Source of the DNA: Eledone cirrhosa | Lineage: Eukaryota | Reading direction: 5' to 3' | Length of the DNA: 64,000 nt | NCBI GenBank assembly: GCA_964016885.1 | Contig: OZ024759.1 | Coordinates: forward strand, 3,224,001-3,288,000 | Shown here: positions 23,530 through 35,900 of the stretch, in pieces | Numbering within the stretch: position 1 is the first letter of the stretch | How the letters are laid out: every line of letters starts with the position of its first letter | Position numbers and translations under genes: made by a program | Notes under the pieces: generated by a model | Told to the model about the DNA's origin: nothing | Database searches by the model: none | Seen by the model: only the letters and a program-made list of their open reading frames with translations

Positions 23530-24185
23530 GACTTGGCATCAATCAGCAAGACCTTCATTAGCTGCTCTCCAGCCATCTATTTAAAGCTGTATACATCTAT
23601 GGTACGAATACACTTGGAGTTCGCGTCATCAGTCTGGAACCCCTATCTTGCTCAGAACATTGACCTCCTGGAAACTGTTCAGAGACATGCAACCAAGCGC
23701 ATACCCTCCATCAGACACCTACCATACCCTGAATATTTTGCTTCCCTCTGGCAATGGACTTGGTAAACACCCACAAAGTTATTAACCATCCGACCAACAA
23801 CAACCCCGAACACCTTTTTGATCTCCATGTGTCTAACACGTGGACATGCCTACAAAGTCAGAAAACAACACAGCTCCCATGACTTTAGGAAATATTTCTT
23901 CATGCTCAGAGTTGCTGAAGGATGGAACAAACTTCCTGCATCAGTTGTTAGCTGATGACACACTGCATCCTTTAAAACCATCATACATTCCGAAATACAC
24001 CAAAACTACACCTGATGTCCCCCTTCCATACACATGCACATATGTGTATATCATGACTCATGCACTGTTCTTTTTTCCTGACGTTTTTATATTACCCTAT
24101 GTATTATATATGCACTTTTGATGAGTTGTAGTGCACCTCAGCATTGTACACAATATTTTCATTATTATTATCATTATTATTATTA
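23530..24185 (+). mobile_element. 5'-truncated CR1-clade LINE
   Basis: LKLYTSMVRIHLEFASSVWNPY...LETVQRHATK and TRGHAYKV...RKYFFMLRVAEGWNKLP motifs; ends in (ATT)n. Confidence 0.9.
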
Positions 24186-24649
24186 CACTCATTGATCCAT
24201 TTTGCACTAACTCTGCATCAAGGACCCTCACCTAAATATTAACCAATCAAGGATCCAATACAGCTATCTGTTGGATGAGTATTGTATAGTGCCAAAAACG
24301 AAACCAATCAGTTTAGCAGAAAATTTCCAGACAAGAAACACGCATATTTTGCTATCCTCAAACACGTTTACACATGGCATGAAATATAACTAATCCGAGA
24401 TGGCTAGGTTTCATCTTCTAACTGGATATACGAAATCCATTATGTCTTGACAACAACATGAGGTAACATTATGTTATTCACAGACACACTTTGTACACTG
24501 TTCCATATCAGAATGTATTTCCTTCGTCACATTCACAAACAGTATTGAAAATATGTTCTTCGGCAAATAAAAATGTTTTGTTCATAATATTTCAACTAGC
24601 GATTGCTCTACTCCACGCACGACCACCATAAATTAATGACCAGCTCAAC

Positions 24650-24826
24650 ACAAGTATTGGTAGAGCGTCAGACACCATGCTTTGCAGTATTGTTATGGTC
24701 CTTTGCATTCTAAGTTCAAATCCTGCCGAGGTTAACTTCGACTTTCATACTTACTAATTCGATAAAATAAAGTACCAGTAATGGACTGCCGTAATGGATT
24801 TGTGCCGAAAAATAGAAACACTATTA
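24650..24826 (+). mobile_element. SINE, second family, diverged copy
   Basis: Collinear with 23170-23347, including downstream flank. Confidence 0.7.
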
Positions 24827-25376
24827 ATGTGCAATAAGAGCAAAATATAACGACATTGCTCAATTATTTTATCTAATGTTGTAATAACACAAGGAAATGT
24901 TGTTTGTGTATTTTTTTTTATATTTGCTCATAGGCTTTTACAATTTCGCTCAGCCAACAACTATTAAAAAGTGAGTTGCTTAAGATAACAATTTAATCAC
25001 AAATTGTTGCTATCTTTTAATACACTCCAACAAGTCATCAAATTATGTACAATAAAAACAAATCTTATTAATTTGCTCAGGGAATATAAAGAAAATGTAT
25101 ATACACTGATAATTGCAATTGTATGTAAATATTTTGTTTTTGTATTGTTTATTTTATGTTTTCTATTATGTATAATATATTGATTTAATATTGATTGTTT
25201 TTTGTAGTTGTTTATATTAAAAGTCTGAAAATATTTTTATACATCTTACACTAATATTTATAAGATAATTTATAATAACAATTACATAATCTAATTACAT
25301 TACAACGATAATTTATTATTAATATATATCCTCTTTAACTAGAGTTATTACAAGCGTTGCCTTAAAAAAATATTAA

Positions 25377-26333
25377 ACTAGACATGAAAAATGCGCAAGC
25401 TCAAAAGTGCCACAGAATGTTATAATAAACCTTCAAAAGTGTGGGACTAGAGTTGTTGCTAAAAAATATTGTAATCATTATATATCGTACATTCTGTGGC
25501 ATCCTTTATAAAAATAGCTTAAACCAACGAAGCCTTTATTTTTACGCTATTTCACTTAGTTAATTCTTAGAGTGTAACATATAAAAATAAATACATCTAT
25601 GTTTAATGTAATAACAGCTATAAATAATTACGTAATATTATTATCATATACTCATAGTAACAAAATAATTGTGTTGAAAATTAATATGATGCTTATATGA
25701 ACGATCAAATCTATAATGATAATTTCTTAAATATACTAATAGTAAAATAATTTAGTTATCTATTGTTACATTTTCATAGAACTATAATATTAACAATCGT
25801 ATTGCATTATCAAATTTTTATCACTACAAACTTTCATATTGGAATTACCTTAAGCCACTTATTATTACTTCGCTTTCGTACTTTTACAGCTGTAGATATT
25901 GCGCTGTATCTTATATCTAATATCAATATCTCATGGTAATTTGCATGCAGTGTAAAATAGGTTTATTAATAACTTTAATATGAAATGTATTATACAGGGC
26001 TGCGGAGTCGGCCAAAAATTGACTGGCTCCAACTCAGGATCCGATATTCCCTTATTTCCTAAATTTCAGCTCCGCAGCTCTGTTATTATATTAATTAATT
26101 TATTTTATAGTTGTAAATCATATTTTTATATGTTACACTCTAAGAATTAACTAAGTGAAATAGCGTAAAAATAAAGGCTTCGTTGGTTTAAGCTATTTTT
26201 ATAAAGGATGCCACAGAATGTACGATATATAATGATTACAATATTTTTTAGCAACAACTCTAGTCCCACACTTTTGAAGGTTTATTATAACATTCTGTGG
26301 CACTTTTGAGCTTGCGCATTTTTCATGTCTAGT
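25377..26333. repeat. 213-bp apparently perfect inverted repeat (fold-back structure)
   Basis: 25377-25589 is the reverse complement of 26121-26333, with a 531-bp spacer. Confidence 0.9.
25995..26082. mobile_element. 88-bp hAT-type MITE
   Basis: TIRs CAGGGCTGCGGAG / CTCCGCAGCTCTG (12/13), with 8-bp flanks GTATTATA / TTATTATA (7/8 TSD). Confidence 0.75.
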
Positions 26334-26591
26334 ATTACATACGTATATATAAATATATATATTACATACATATATATAAATATATACATATATAGATACG
26401 TATATATATATATGTATATATTTATATATATATATGTATATATTTATATATATATATGTATATATTTATATATACATGTTATATATATATATATATTACA
26501 TACGTATATATAAATATATACATATATAGATACGTATATATATATATGTATATATTTATATATATATATGTATATATTTATATATACATGT

Positions 26592-26622
<31 letters not shown>

Positions 26623-26804
26623 CATACGTATATATAAATATATACATATATAGATACGTATATATATATATATGCAAAATTAAATTAAGATAGACGTGTT
26701 ACAGACCTGCGCATTACACACTTTACAAATTATTCCCTGTGATTGTTTCATGTGTTTATTTTAAATATATATATATATATATATATGTCAATCAATTTCT
26801 TGTT

Positions 26805-26842
<38 letters not shown>

Positions 26843-26847
26843 CGTCA

Positions 26848-26951
26848 ATCATCATCATTATCATCATCGTTTAACGTCCGTGTTCCACGCTTGCATGGGT
26901 TTGGACGGGAGTTTTCCCACTTGAGGCAAGAGTGATTGTCTTGCTCGCATA
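26848..26951 (-). mobile_element. RTE/SINE 3' terminus contiguous with the satellite
   Basis: Minus strand: ...CAGTCCTATGCGAGCAAGAC...CCCATGCAAGCGTGGAACACGGACGTTAAACGATGATGAT, homologous to 3141-3240 and 3940-4050. Confidence 0.9.
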
Positions 26952-29900
26952 GGACTGTCTGGCGGGTTTTCTACAGCTGGATGCCCTTCCTAACACCAAC
27001 CACATTTACAGTGTGGACTGGGAGATTTTTACCGTGTTGCCTACACGGCCACATTACAGCGTGGACTGTCTGGCGGGTTTTCTACAGCTGGATGCCCTTC
27101 CTAACACCAACCACATTTAGTGTGGGGTTGCGAGGTTTTTACCGTGTTGCCTACACGGCCACATTACAGCATGGACTGTCTGGCGGGTTTTTTTACGGCT
27201 GGATGCCCTTCCTAACACCAACCACATTTACAGTGTGGGGCTGGAAGGTTTTCACCGTGTTGCCTACACGGCCACATTACAGCGTGGACTGTCTGGGGGG
27301 TTTTCTACAGCTGGATGCCCTTCCTAACACCAACTACGTTTACAGTGTGGAACTGGGAGGTCTTTACCGTGTTGCCTACACGGCCACATTACAGCATGGA
27401 CTGTCTGGCGGGTTTTCTACGGCTGGATGCCCTTCCTAACACCAACCACATTTACAGTGTGGGCTGGAAGGTTTTTACCGTGTTGCCTACACGGCCACAT
27501 TACAGCGTGGACTGTCTGGCGGGTTTTCTACAGCTGGATGCCCTTCCTAACACCAACTACGTTTACAGTCTGGAACTGGGAGGTTTTTCCCGTGTTGCCT
27601 ACACGGCCACATTACAGCGTGGACTGTCTGGCGGGTTTTCTACGGCTGGATGCCCTTCCTAACACCAACCACATTTACAGTGTGGGCTGGGAGGTTTTTA
27701 CCGTGTTGCCTACACGGCCACATTACAGCGTGGACTGTCTGGCGGGTTTTCTACAGCTGGATGCCCTTCCTAACACCAATCACATTTACAGTGTGGACTG
27801 GGAGATTTTTACCGTGTTGCCTACACGGCCACAATACAGCGTGGACTGTCTGGCGGGTTTTCTACGGCTGGATGCCCTTCCTAGCACCAACAACATTTAC
27901 AGTGTGGACTGGGAGGATTTTACCGTGTTGCCTACACGGCCACATTACAGCGTGGACTGTCTGGCGGGTTTTCTACGGCTGGATGCCCTTCCTAACACCA
28001 ACCACATTTACAGTCTGGACTGGGAGGTTTTTACCGTGTTGCCTACAAGGCCACATTACAGCGTGGACTGTCTGGCGGGTTTTCTACGGCTGGATGCCCT
28101 TCCTAACACCAACCACATTTACATTGTGGACTGGGAGATTTTTACCGTGTTGCCTACACGGCCACATTACAGCGTGGACTGACTGGCGGGTTTTCTACAG
28201 CTGGATGCTCTTCCTAACACCAACCACATTTACAGTGTGGACTGGGAGATTTTTACCGTGTTGCCTACACGGCCACATTACAGCGTGGACTGTCTGGCGG
28301 GTTTTCTACGGCTGGATGCCCTTCCTAACACCAACCACATTTAGTGTGGGGTTGCGTGGTTTTTACAGTGTTGCCTACACGGCCACATTACAGCGTGGAC
28401 TGTCTGGCGGGTTTTCTACGGCTGGATGCCCTTCCTAACACCAACCACATTTACAGTGTGGGGCTGGGAGGTTTTTACCGTGTTGCCTACACGGCCACAT
28501 TACAGCGTGGACTGTCTGGCGGGTTTTCTATGGCTGGATGCCCTTTCTAACACCAACCACATTTACAGTGTGGGCTGGGAGGTTTTTACCGTGTTGCCTA
28601 CACGGCCACATTACAGCGTGGACTGTCTGGCGGGTTTTCTACAGCTGGATGCCCTTCCTAACACCAACTACGCTTACAGTGTGGAACTAGGAGGTTTTTT
28701 CCGTGTTGCCTACACGGCCACATTACAGCGTGGACTGTCTGGCGGGTTTTCTACAGCTGGATGCCCTTCCTAACACCAACCACATTTACAGTGTGGACTG
28801 GGAGATTTTTACCGTGTTGCCTACACGGCCACATTACAGCGTGGACTGTCTGGCGGGTTTTCTACGGCTGGATGCCCTTCCTAACACCAACCACATTTAC
28901 AGTGTGGACTGGGAGGTTTTTACCGTGTTGCCTACACGGCCACATTACAGCGTGGACTGTCTGGCGGGTTTTCTACGGCTGGATGCCCTTCCTAACACCA
29001 ACTACGTTTACAGTGTTGAACTGGGAGGTTTTTAGCGTGTTGCCTACACGGCCACATTACAGCGTGGACTGTCTGGCGGGTTTTCTACAGCTGGATGCCC
29101 TTCCTAACACCAACCACATTTACAGTGTGGACTGGGAGATTTTTACCGTGTTGCCTACACGGCCACATTACAGCGTGGACTGTCTGGCGGGTTTTCTACG
29201 GCTGGATGCCCTTCCTAACACCAACCACATTTACAGAGTGGACTGGGAGGTTTTTACCGTGTTGCCTACACGGCCACATTACAGCGTGGACTGTCTGGCG
29301 GGTTATCTACGGCTGGATGCCCTTCCTAACACCAACCACATTTACAGTGTGGACTGGGAGGTTTTTACCGTGTTGCCTACACGGCCACATTACAGCGTGG
29401 ACTGTCTGGCGGGTTTTCTACGGCTGGATGCCCTTCCTAACACCAACCACATTTACATTGTGGACTGGGAGATTTTTACCGTGTTGCCTACACGGCCAGA
29501 TTACAGCGTGGACTGACTGGCGGGTTATCTACGGCTGGATGCCCTTCCTAACACCAACCACATTTACAGTGTGGGGCTGGGAGGTTTTTACCGTGTTGCC
29601 TACACGGCCACATTACAGCGTGGACTGTCTGGCGGGTTTTCTATGGCTGGATGCCCTTTCTAACACCAACCACATTTACAGTGTGGGCTGGGAGGTTTTT
29701 ACCGTGTTGCCTACACGGCCACATTACAGCGTGGACTGTCTGGCGGGTTTTCTACAGCTGGATGCCCTTCCTAACACCAACTACGCTTACAGTGTGGAAC
29801 TGGGAGGTTTTTTCCGTGTTGCCTACACGGCCACATTACAGCGTGGACTGTCTGGCGGGTTTTCTACAGCTGGATGCCCTTCCTAACACCAACCACATTT

Positions 29901-32900
29901 ACAGTGTGGACTGGGAGATTTTTACCGTGTTGCCTACACGGCCACATTACAGCGTGGACTGTCTGGCGGGTTTTCTACGGCTGGATGCCCTTCCTAACAC
30001 CAACCACATTTACAGTGTGGACTGGGAGGTTTTTACCGTGTTGCCTACACGGCCACATTACAGCGTGGACTGTCTGGCGGGTTTTCTACGGCTGGATGCC
30101 CTTCCTAACACCAACTACGTTTACAGTGTTGAACTGGGAGGTTTTTAGCGTGTTGCCTACACGGCCACATTACAGCGTGGACTGTCTGGCGGGTTTTCTA
30201 CAGCTGGATGCCCTTCCTAACACCAACCACATTTACAGTGTGGACTGGGAGATTTTTACCGTGTTGCCTACACGGCCACATTACAGCGTGGACTGTCTGG
30301 CGGGTTTTCTACGGCTGGATGCCCTTCCTAACACCAACCACATTTACAGAGTGGACTGGGAGGTTTTTACCGTGTTGCCTACACGGCCACATTACAGCGT
30401 GGACTGTCTGGCGGGTTATCTACGGCTGGATGCCCTTCCTAACACCAACCACATTTACAGTGTGGACTGGGAGGTTTTTACCGTGTTGCCTACACGGCCA
30501 CATTACAGCGTGGACTGTCTGGCGGGTTTTCTACGGCTGGATGCCCTTCCTAACACCAACCACATTTACATTGTGGACTGGGAGATTTTTACCGTGTTGC
30601 CTACACGGCCAGATTACAGCGTGGACTGACTGGCGGGTTATCTACGGCTGGATGCCCTTCCTAACACCAACCACATTTACAGTGTGGACTGGGAGGTTTT
30701 TACCGTGTTGCCTACACGGCCACATTACAGCGTGGACTGTCTGGCGGGTTTTCTACGGCTGGATGCCCTTCCTAACACCAACCACATTTACATTGTGGAC
30801 TGGGAGATTTTTACCGTGTTGCCTACACGGCCACATTACAGTGTGGACTGACTGGCGGGTTTTCTACAGCTGGATGCTCTTCCTAACACCAACCACATTT
30901 ACAGTGTGGACTGGGAGATTTTTACCGTGTTGCCTACACGGCCACATTACAGCGTGGACTGTCTGGCGGGTTTTCTACAGCTGGATGCCCTTCCTAACAC
31001 CAAGCACATTTACAGTGTGGACTGGGAGATTTTTACCGTGTTGCCTACACGGCCACATTACAGCGTGGACTGTCTGGCGGGTTTTCTACGGCTGGATGCC
31101 CTTCCTAACACCAACCACATTTACAGTGTGGACTGGGAGGTTTTTGCCGTGTTGCCTACACGGCCACATTACAGCGTGGACTGTCTGGTGGGTTTTCTAC
31201 GGCTGGATGCCCTTCCTAACACCAACCACATTTAGTGTGGGGTTGCGAGGTTTTTACTGTGTTGCTTACACGGCCACATTATAGCGTGGACTGTCTGGCG
31301 GGTTTTCTACGGCTGGATGCCCTTCCTAACACCAACCACATTTACAGTGTGGACTGGGAGGTTTTTACCGTGTTGCCTACACGGCCACATTACAGCGTGG
31401 ACTGTCTGGCGGGTTATCTACGGCTGGATGCCCTTCCTAACACCAACCACATTTACAGTGTGGACTGGGAGGTTTTTACCGTGTTGCCTACACGGCCACA
31501 TTACAGCGTGGACTGTCTGGCGGGTTTTCTACGGCTGGATGCCCTTCCTAACACCAACCACATTTACATTGTGGACTGGGAGATTTTTACCGTGTTGCCT
31601 ACACGGCCACATTACAGCGTGGACTGACTGGCGGGTTTTCTACAGCTGGATGCTCTTCCTAACACCAACCACATTTACAGTGTGGACTGGGAGATTTTTA
31701 CCGTGTTGCCTACACAGCCACATTACAGCGTGGACTGTCTTGCGGGTTTTCTACGGCTGGATGCCCTTCCTAACACCAACCACATTTACGGTGTGGGGCT
31801 GGGAGGATTTTACTGTGTTGCCTACACAGCCACATTACAGCGTGGACTGTCTGGCGGGTTTTCTACAGCTGGATGCCCTTCCTAACACCAACCACATTTA
31901 CAGTGTGGACTGGGAGATTTTTACCGTGTTGCCTACACGGCCACATTACAGCGTGGACTGTCTGGCGTGTTTTCTACGGCTGGATGCCCTTCCTAACACC
32001 AACCACATTTACAGTGTGGACTGGGAGATTTTTACCGTGTTGCCTACACGGCCACATTACAGCGTGGACTGTCTGGCGGGTTTTCTACAGCTGGATGCCC
32101 TTCCTAACACCAACCACATTTACATTGTGGACTGGGAGGTTTTTACCGTGTTGCCTACACGGCCACATTACAGCGTGGACTGTCTGGCGGGTTTTCTACG
32201 GCTGGATGCCCTTCCTAACACCAACCACGTTTACAGTGTGGACTGGGAGGTTTTTACCGTGTTGCCTACACGGCCACATTACAGCGTGGACTGTCTGGCG
32301 GGTTTTCTACGGCTGGATGCCCTTCCTAACACCAACCACATTTACAGTGTGGGCTGGGAGGTTTTTACCGTGTTGCCTACACGGCCACATTACAGCGTGG
32401 ACTGTCTGGCGGGTTTTCTACGGCTGGATGCCCTTCCTAACACCAACCACATTTACAGTGTGGTGCTGGGAGGTTTTTACTGTGTTGCCTCCACAGCCAC
32501 ATTACAGCGTGGACTGTCTGGCGGGTTTTCTACAGCTGGATGCCCTTCCTAACACCAACTACGTTTACAGTGTGGAACTGGGAGGTTTTTACCGTGTTGC
32601 CTACACGGCCACATTACAGCGTGGACTGTCTGGCGGGTTTTCTACGGCTGGATGCCCTTCCTAACACCAACCACATTTACAGTGTGGTGCTGGGAGGTTT
32701 TTACTGTGTTGCCTCCACAGCCACATTACAGCGTGGACTGTCTGGCGGGTTTTCTACAGCTGGATGCCCTTCCTAACACCAACTACGTTTACAGTGTGGA
32801 ACTGGGAGGTTTTTACCGTGTTGCCTACACGGCCACATTACAGCGTGGACTGTCTGGCGGGTTTTCTACGGCTGGATGCCCTTCCTAACACCAACCACAT

Positions 32901-35900
32901 TTACAGTGTGGGCTGGGAGGTTTTTACCGTGTTGCCTACACGGCCACATTACAGCGTGGACTGTCTGGCGGGTTTTCTACAGCTGGATGCCCTTCCTAAC
33001 ACCAACCACATTTACAGTGTGGACTGGGAGATTTTTACCGTGTTGCCTACACGGCCACATTACAGCGTGGACTGTCTGGCGGGTTTTCTACGGCTGGATG
33101 CCCTTCCTAACACCAACCACATTTACAGTGTGGACTGGGAGGTTTTTACCGTGTTGCCTACACGGCCACATTACAGCGTGGACTGTCTGGCGGGTTTTCT
33201 ACGGCTGGATGCCCTTCCTAACACCAACTACGTTTACAGTGTTGAACTGGGAGGTTTTTAGCGTGTTGCCTACACGGCCACATTACAGCGTGGACTGTCT
33301 GGCGGGTTTTCTACAGCTGGATGCCCTTCCTAACACCAACCACATTTACAGTGTGGACTGGGAGATTTTTACCGTGTTGCCTACACGGCCACATTACAGC
33401 GTGGACTGTCTGGCGGGTTTTCTACGGCTGGATGCCCTTCCTAACACCAACCACATTTACAGAGTGGACTGGGAGGTTTTTACCGTGTTGCCTACACGGC
33501 CACATTACAGCGTGGACTGTCTGGCGGGTTATCTACGGCTGGATGCCCTTCCTAACACCAACCACATTTACAGTGTGGACTGGGAGGTTTTTACCGTGTT
33601 GCCTACACGGCCACATTACAGCGTGGACTGTCTGGCGGGTTTTCTACGGCTGGATGCCCTTCCTAACACCAACCACATTTACATTGTGGACTGGGAGATT
33701 TTTACCGTGTTGCCTACACGGCCAGATTACAGCGTGGACTGACTGGCGGGTTATCTACGGCTGGATGCCCTTCCTAACACCAACCACATTTACAGTGTGG
33801 GGCTGGGAGGTTTTTACCGTGTTGCCTACACGGCCACATTACAGCGTGGACTGTCTGGCGGGTTTTCTATGGCTGGATGCCCTTTCTAACACCAACCACA
33901 TTTACAGTGTGGGCTGGGAGGTTTTTACCGTGTTGCCTACACGGCCACATTACAGCGTGGACTGTCTGGCGGGTTTTCTACAGCTGGATGCCCTTCCTAA
34001 CACCAACTACGCTTACAGTGTGGAACTGGGAGGTTTTTTCCGTGTTGCCTACACGGCCACATTACAGCGTGAACTGTCTGGCGGGTTTTCTACAGCTGGA
34101 TGCCCTTCCTAACACCAACCACATTTACAGTGTGGACTGGGAGATTTTTACCGTGTTGCCTACACGGCCACATTACAGCGTGGACTGTCTGGCGGGTTTT
34201 CTACGGCTGGATGCCCTTCCTAACACCAACCACATTTACAGTGTGGACTGGGAGGTTTTTACCGTGTTGCCTACACGGCCACATTACAGCGTGGACTGTC
34301 TGGCGGGTTTTCTACGGCTGGATGCCCTTCCTAACACCAACTACGTTTACAGTGTTGAACTGGGAGGTTTTTAGCGTGTTGCCTACACGGCCACATTACA
34401 GCGTGGACTGTCTGGCGGGTTTTCTACAGCTGGATGCCCTTCCTAACACCAACCACATTTACAGTGTGGACTGGGAGATTTTTACCGTGTTGCCTACACG
34501 GCCACATTACAGCGTGGACTGTCTGGCGGGTTTTCTACGGCTGGATGCCCTTCCTAACACCAACCACATTTACAGAGTGGACTGGGAGGTTTTTACCGTG
34601 TTGCCTACACGGCCACATTACAGCGTGGACTGTCTGGCGGGTTATCTACGGCTGGATGCCCTTCCTAACACCAACCACATTTACAGTGTGGACTGGGAGG
34701 TTTTTACCGTGTTGCCTACACGGCCACATTACAGCGTGGACTGTCTGGCGGGTTTTCTACGGCTGGATGCCCTTCCTAACACCAACCACATTTACATTGT
34801 GGACTGGGAGATTTTTACCGTGTTGCCTACACGGCCAGATTACAGCGTGGACTGACTGGCGGGTTATCTACGGCTGGATGCCCTTCCTAACACCAACCAC
34901 ATTTACAGTGTGGACTGGGAGGTTTTTACCGTGTTGCCTACACGGCCACATTACAGCGTGGACTGTCTGGCGGGTTTTCTACGGCTGGATGCCCTTCCTA
35001 ACACCAACCACATTTACATTGTGGACTGGGAGATTTTTACCGTGTTGCCTACACGGCCACATTACAGTGTGGACTGACTGGCGGGTTTTCTACAGCTGGA
35101 TGCTCTTCCTAACACCAACCACATTTACAGTGTGGACTGGGAGATTTTTACCGTGTTGCCTACACGGCCACATTACAGCGTGGACTGTCTGGCGGGTTTT
35201 CTACAGCTGGATGCCCTTCCTAACACCAAGCACATTTACAGTGTGGACTGGGAGATTTTTACCGTGTTGCCTACACGGCCACATTACAGCGTGGACTGTC
35301 TGGCGGGTTTTCTACGGCTGGATGCCCTTCCTAACACCAACCACATTTACAGTGTGGACTGGGAGGTTTTTGCCGTGTTGCCTACACGGCCACATTACAG
35401 CGTGGACTGTCTGGTGGGTTTTCTACGGCTGGATGCCCTTCCTAACACCAACCACATTTAGTGTGGGGTTGCGAGGTTTTTACTGTGTTGCTTACACGGC
35501 CACATTATAGCGTGGACTGTCTGGCGGGTTTTCTACGGCTGGATGCCCTTCCTAACACCAACCACATTTACAGTGTGGACTGGGAGGTTTTTACCGTGTT
35601 GCCTACACGGCCACATTACAGCGTGGACTGTCTGGCGGGTTATCTACGGCTGGATGCCCTTCCTAACACCAACCACATTTACAGTGTGGACTGGGAGGTT
35701 TTTACCGTGTTGCCTACACGGCCACATTACAGCGTGGACTGTCTGGCGGGTTTTCTACGGCTGGATGCCCTTCCTAACACCAACCACATTTACATTGTGG
35801 ACTGGGAGATTTTTACCGTGTTGCCTACACGGCCACATTACAGCGTGGACTGACTGGCGGGTTTTCTACAGCTGGATGCTCTTCCTAACACCAACCACAT

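Noticed and set aside
26952-27062. Hammerhead or twister ribozyme in the satellite monomer (retrozyme-like)
   Set aside because: No CTGANGA/GAAA core on either strand. The minus-strand TAATGTGGC-hairpin superficially recalls twister but lacks the conserved L4 and pseudoknot sequences.
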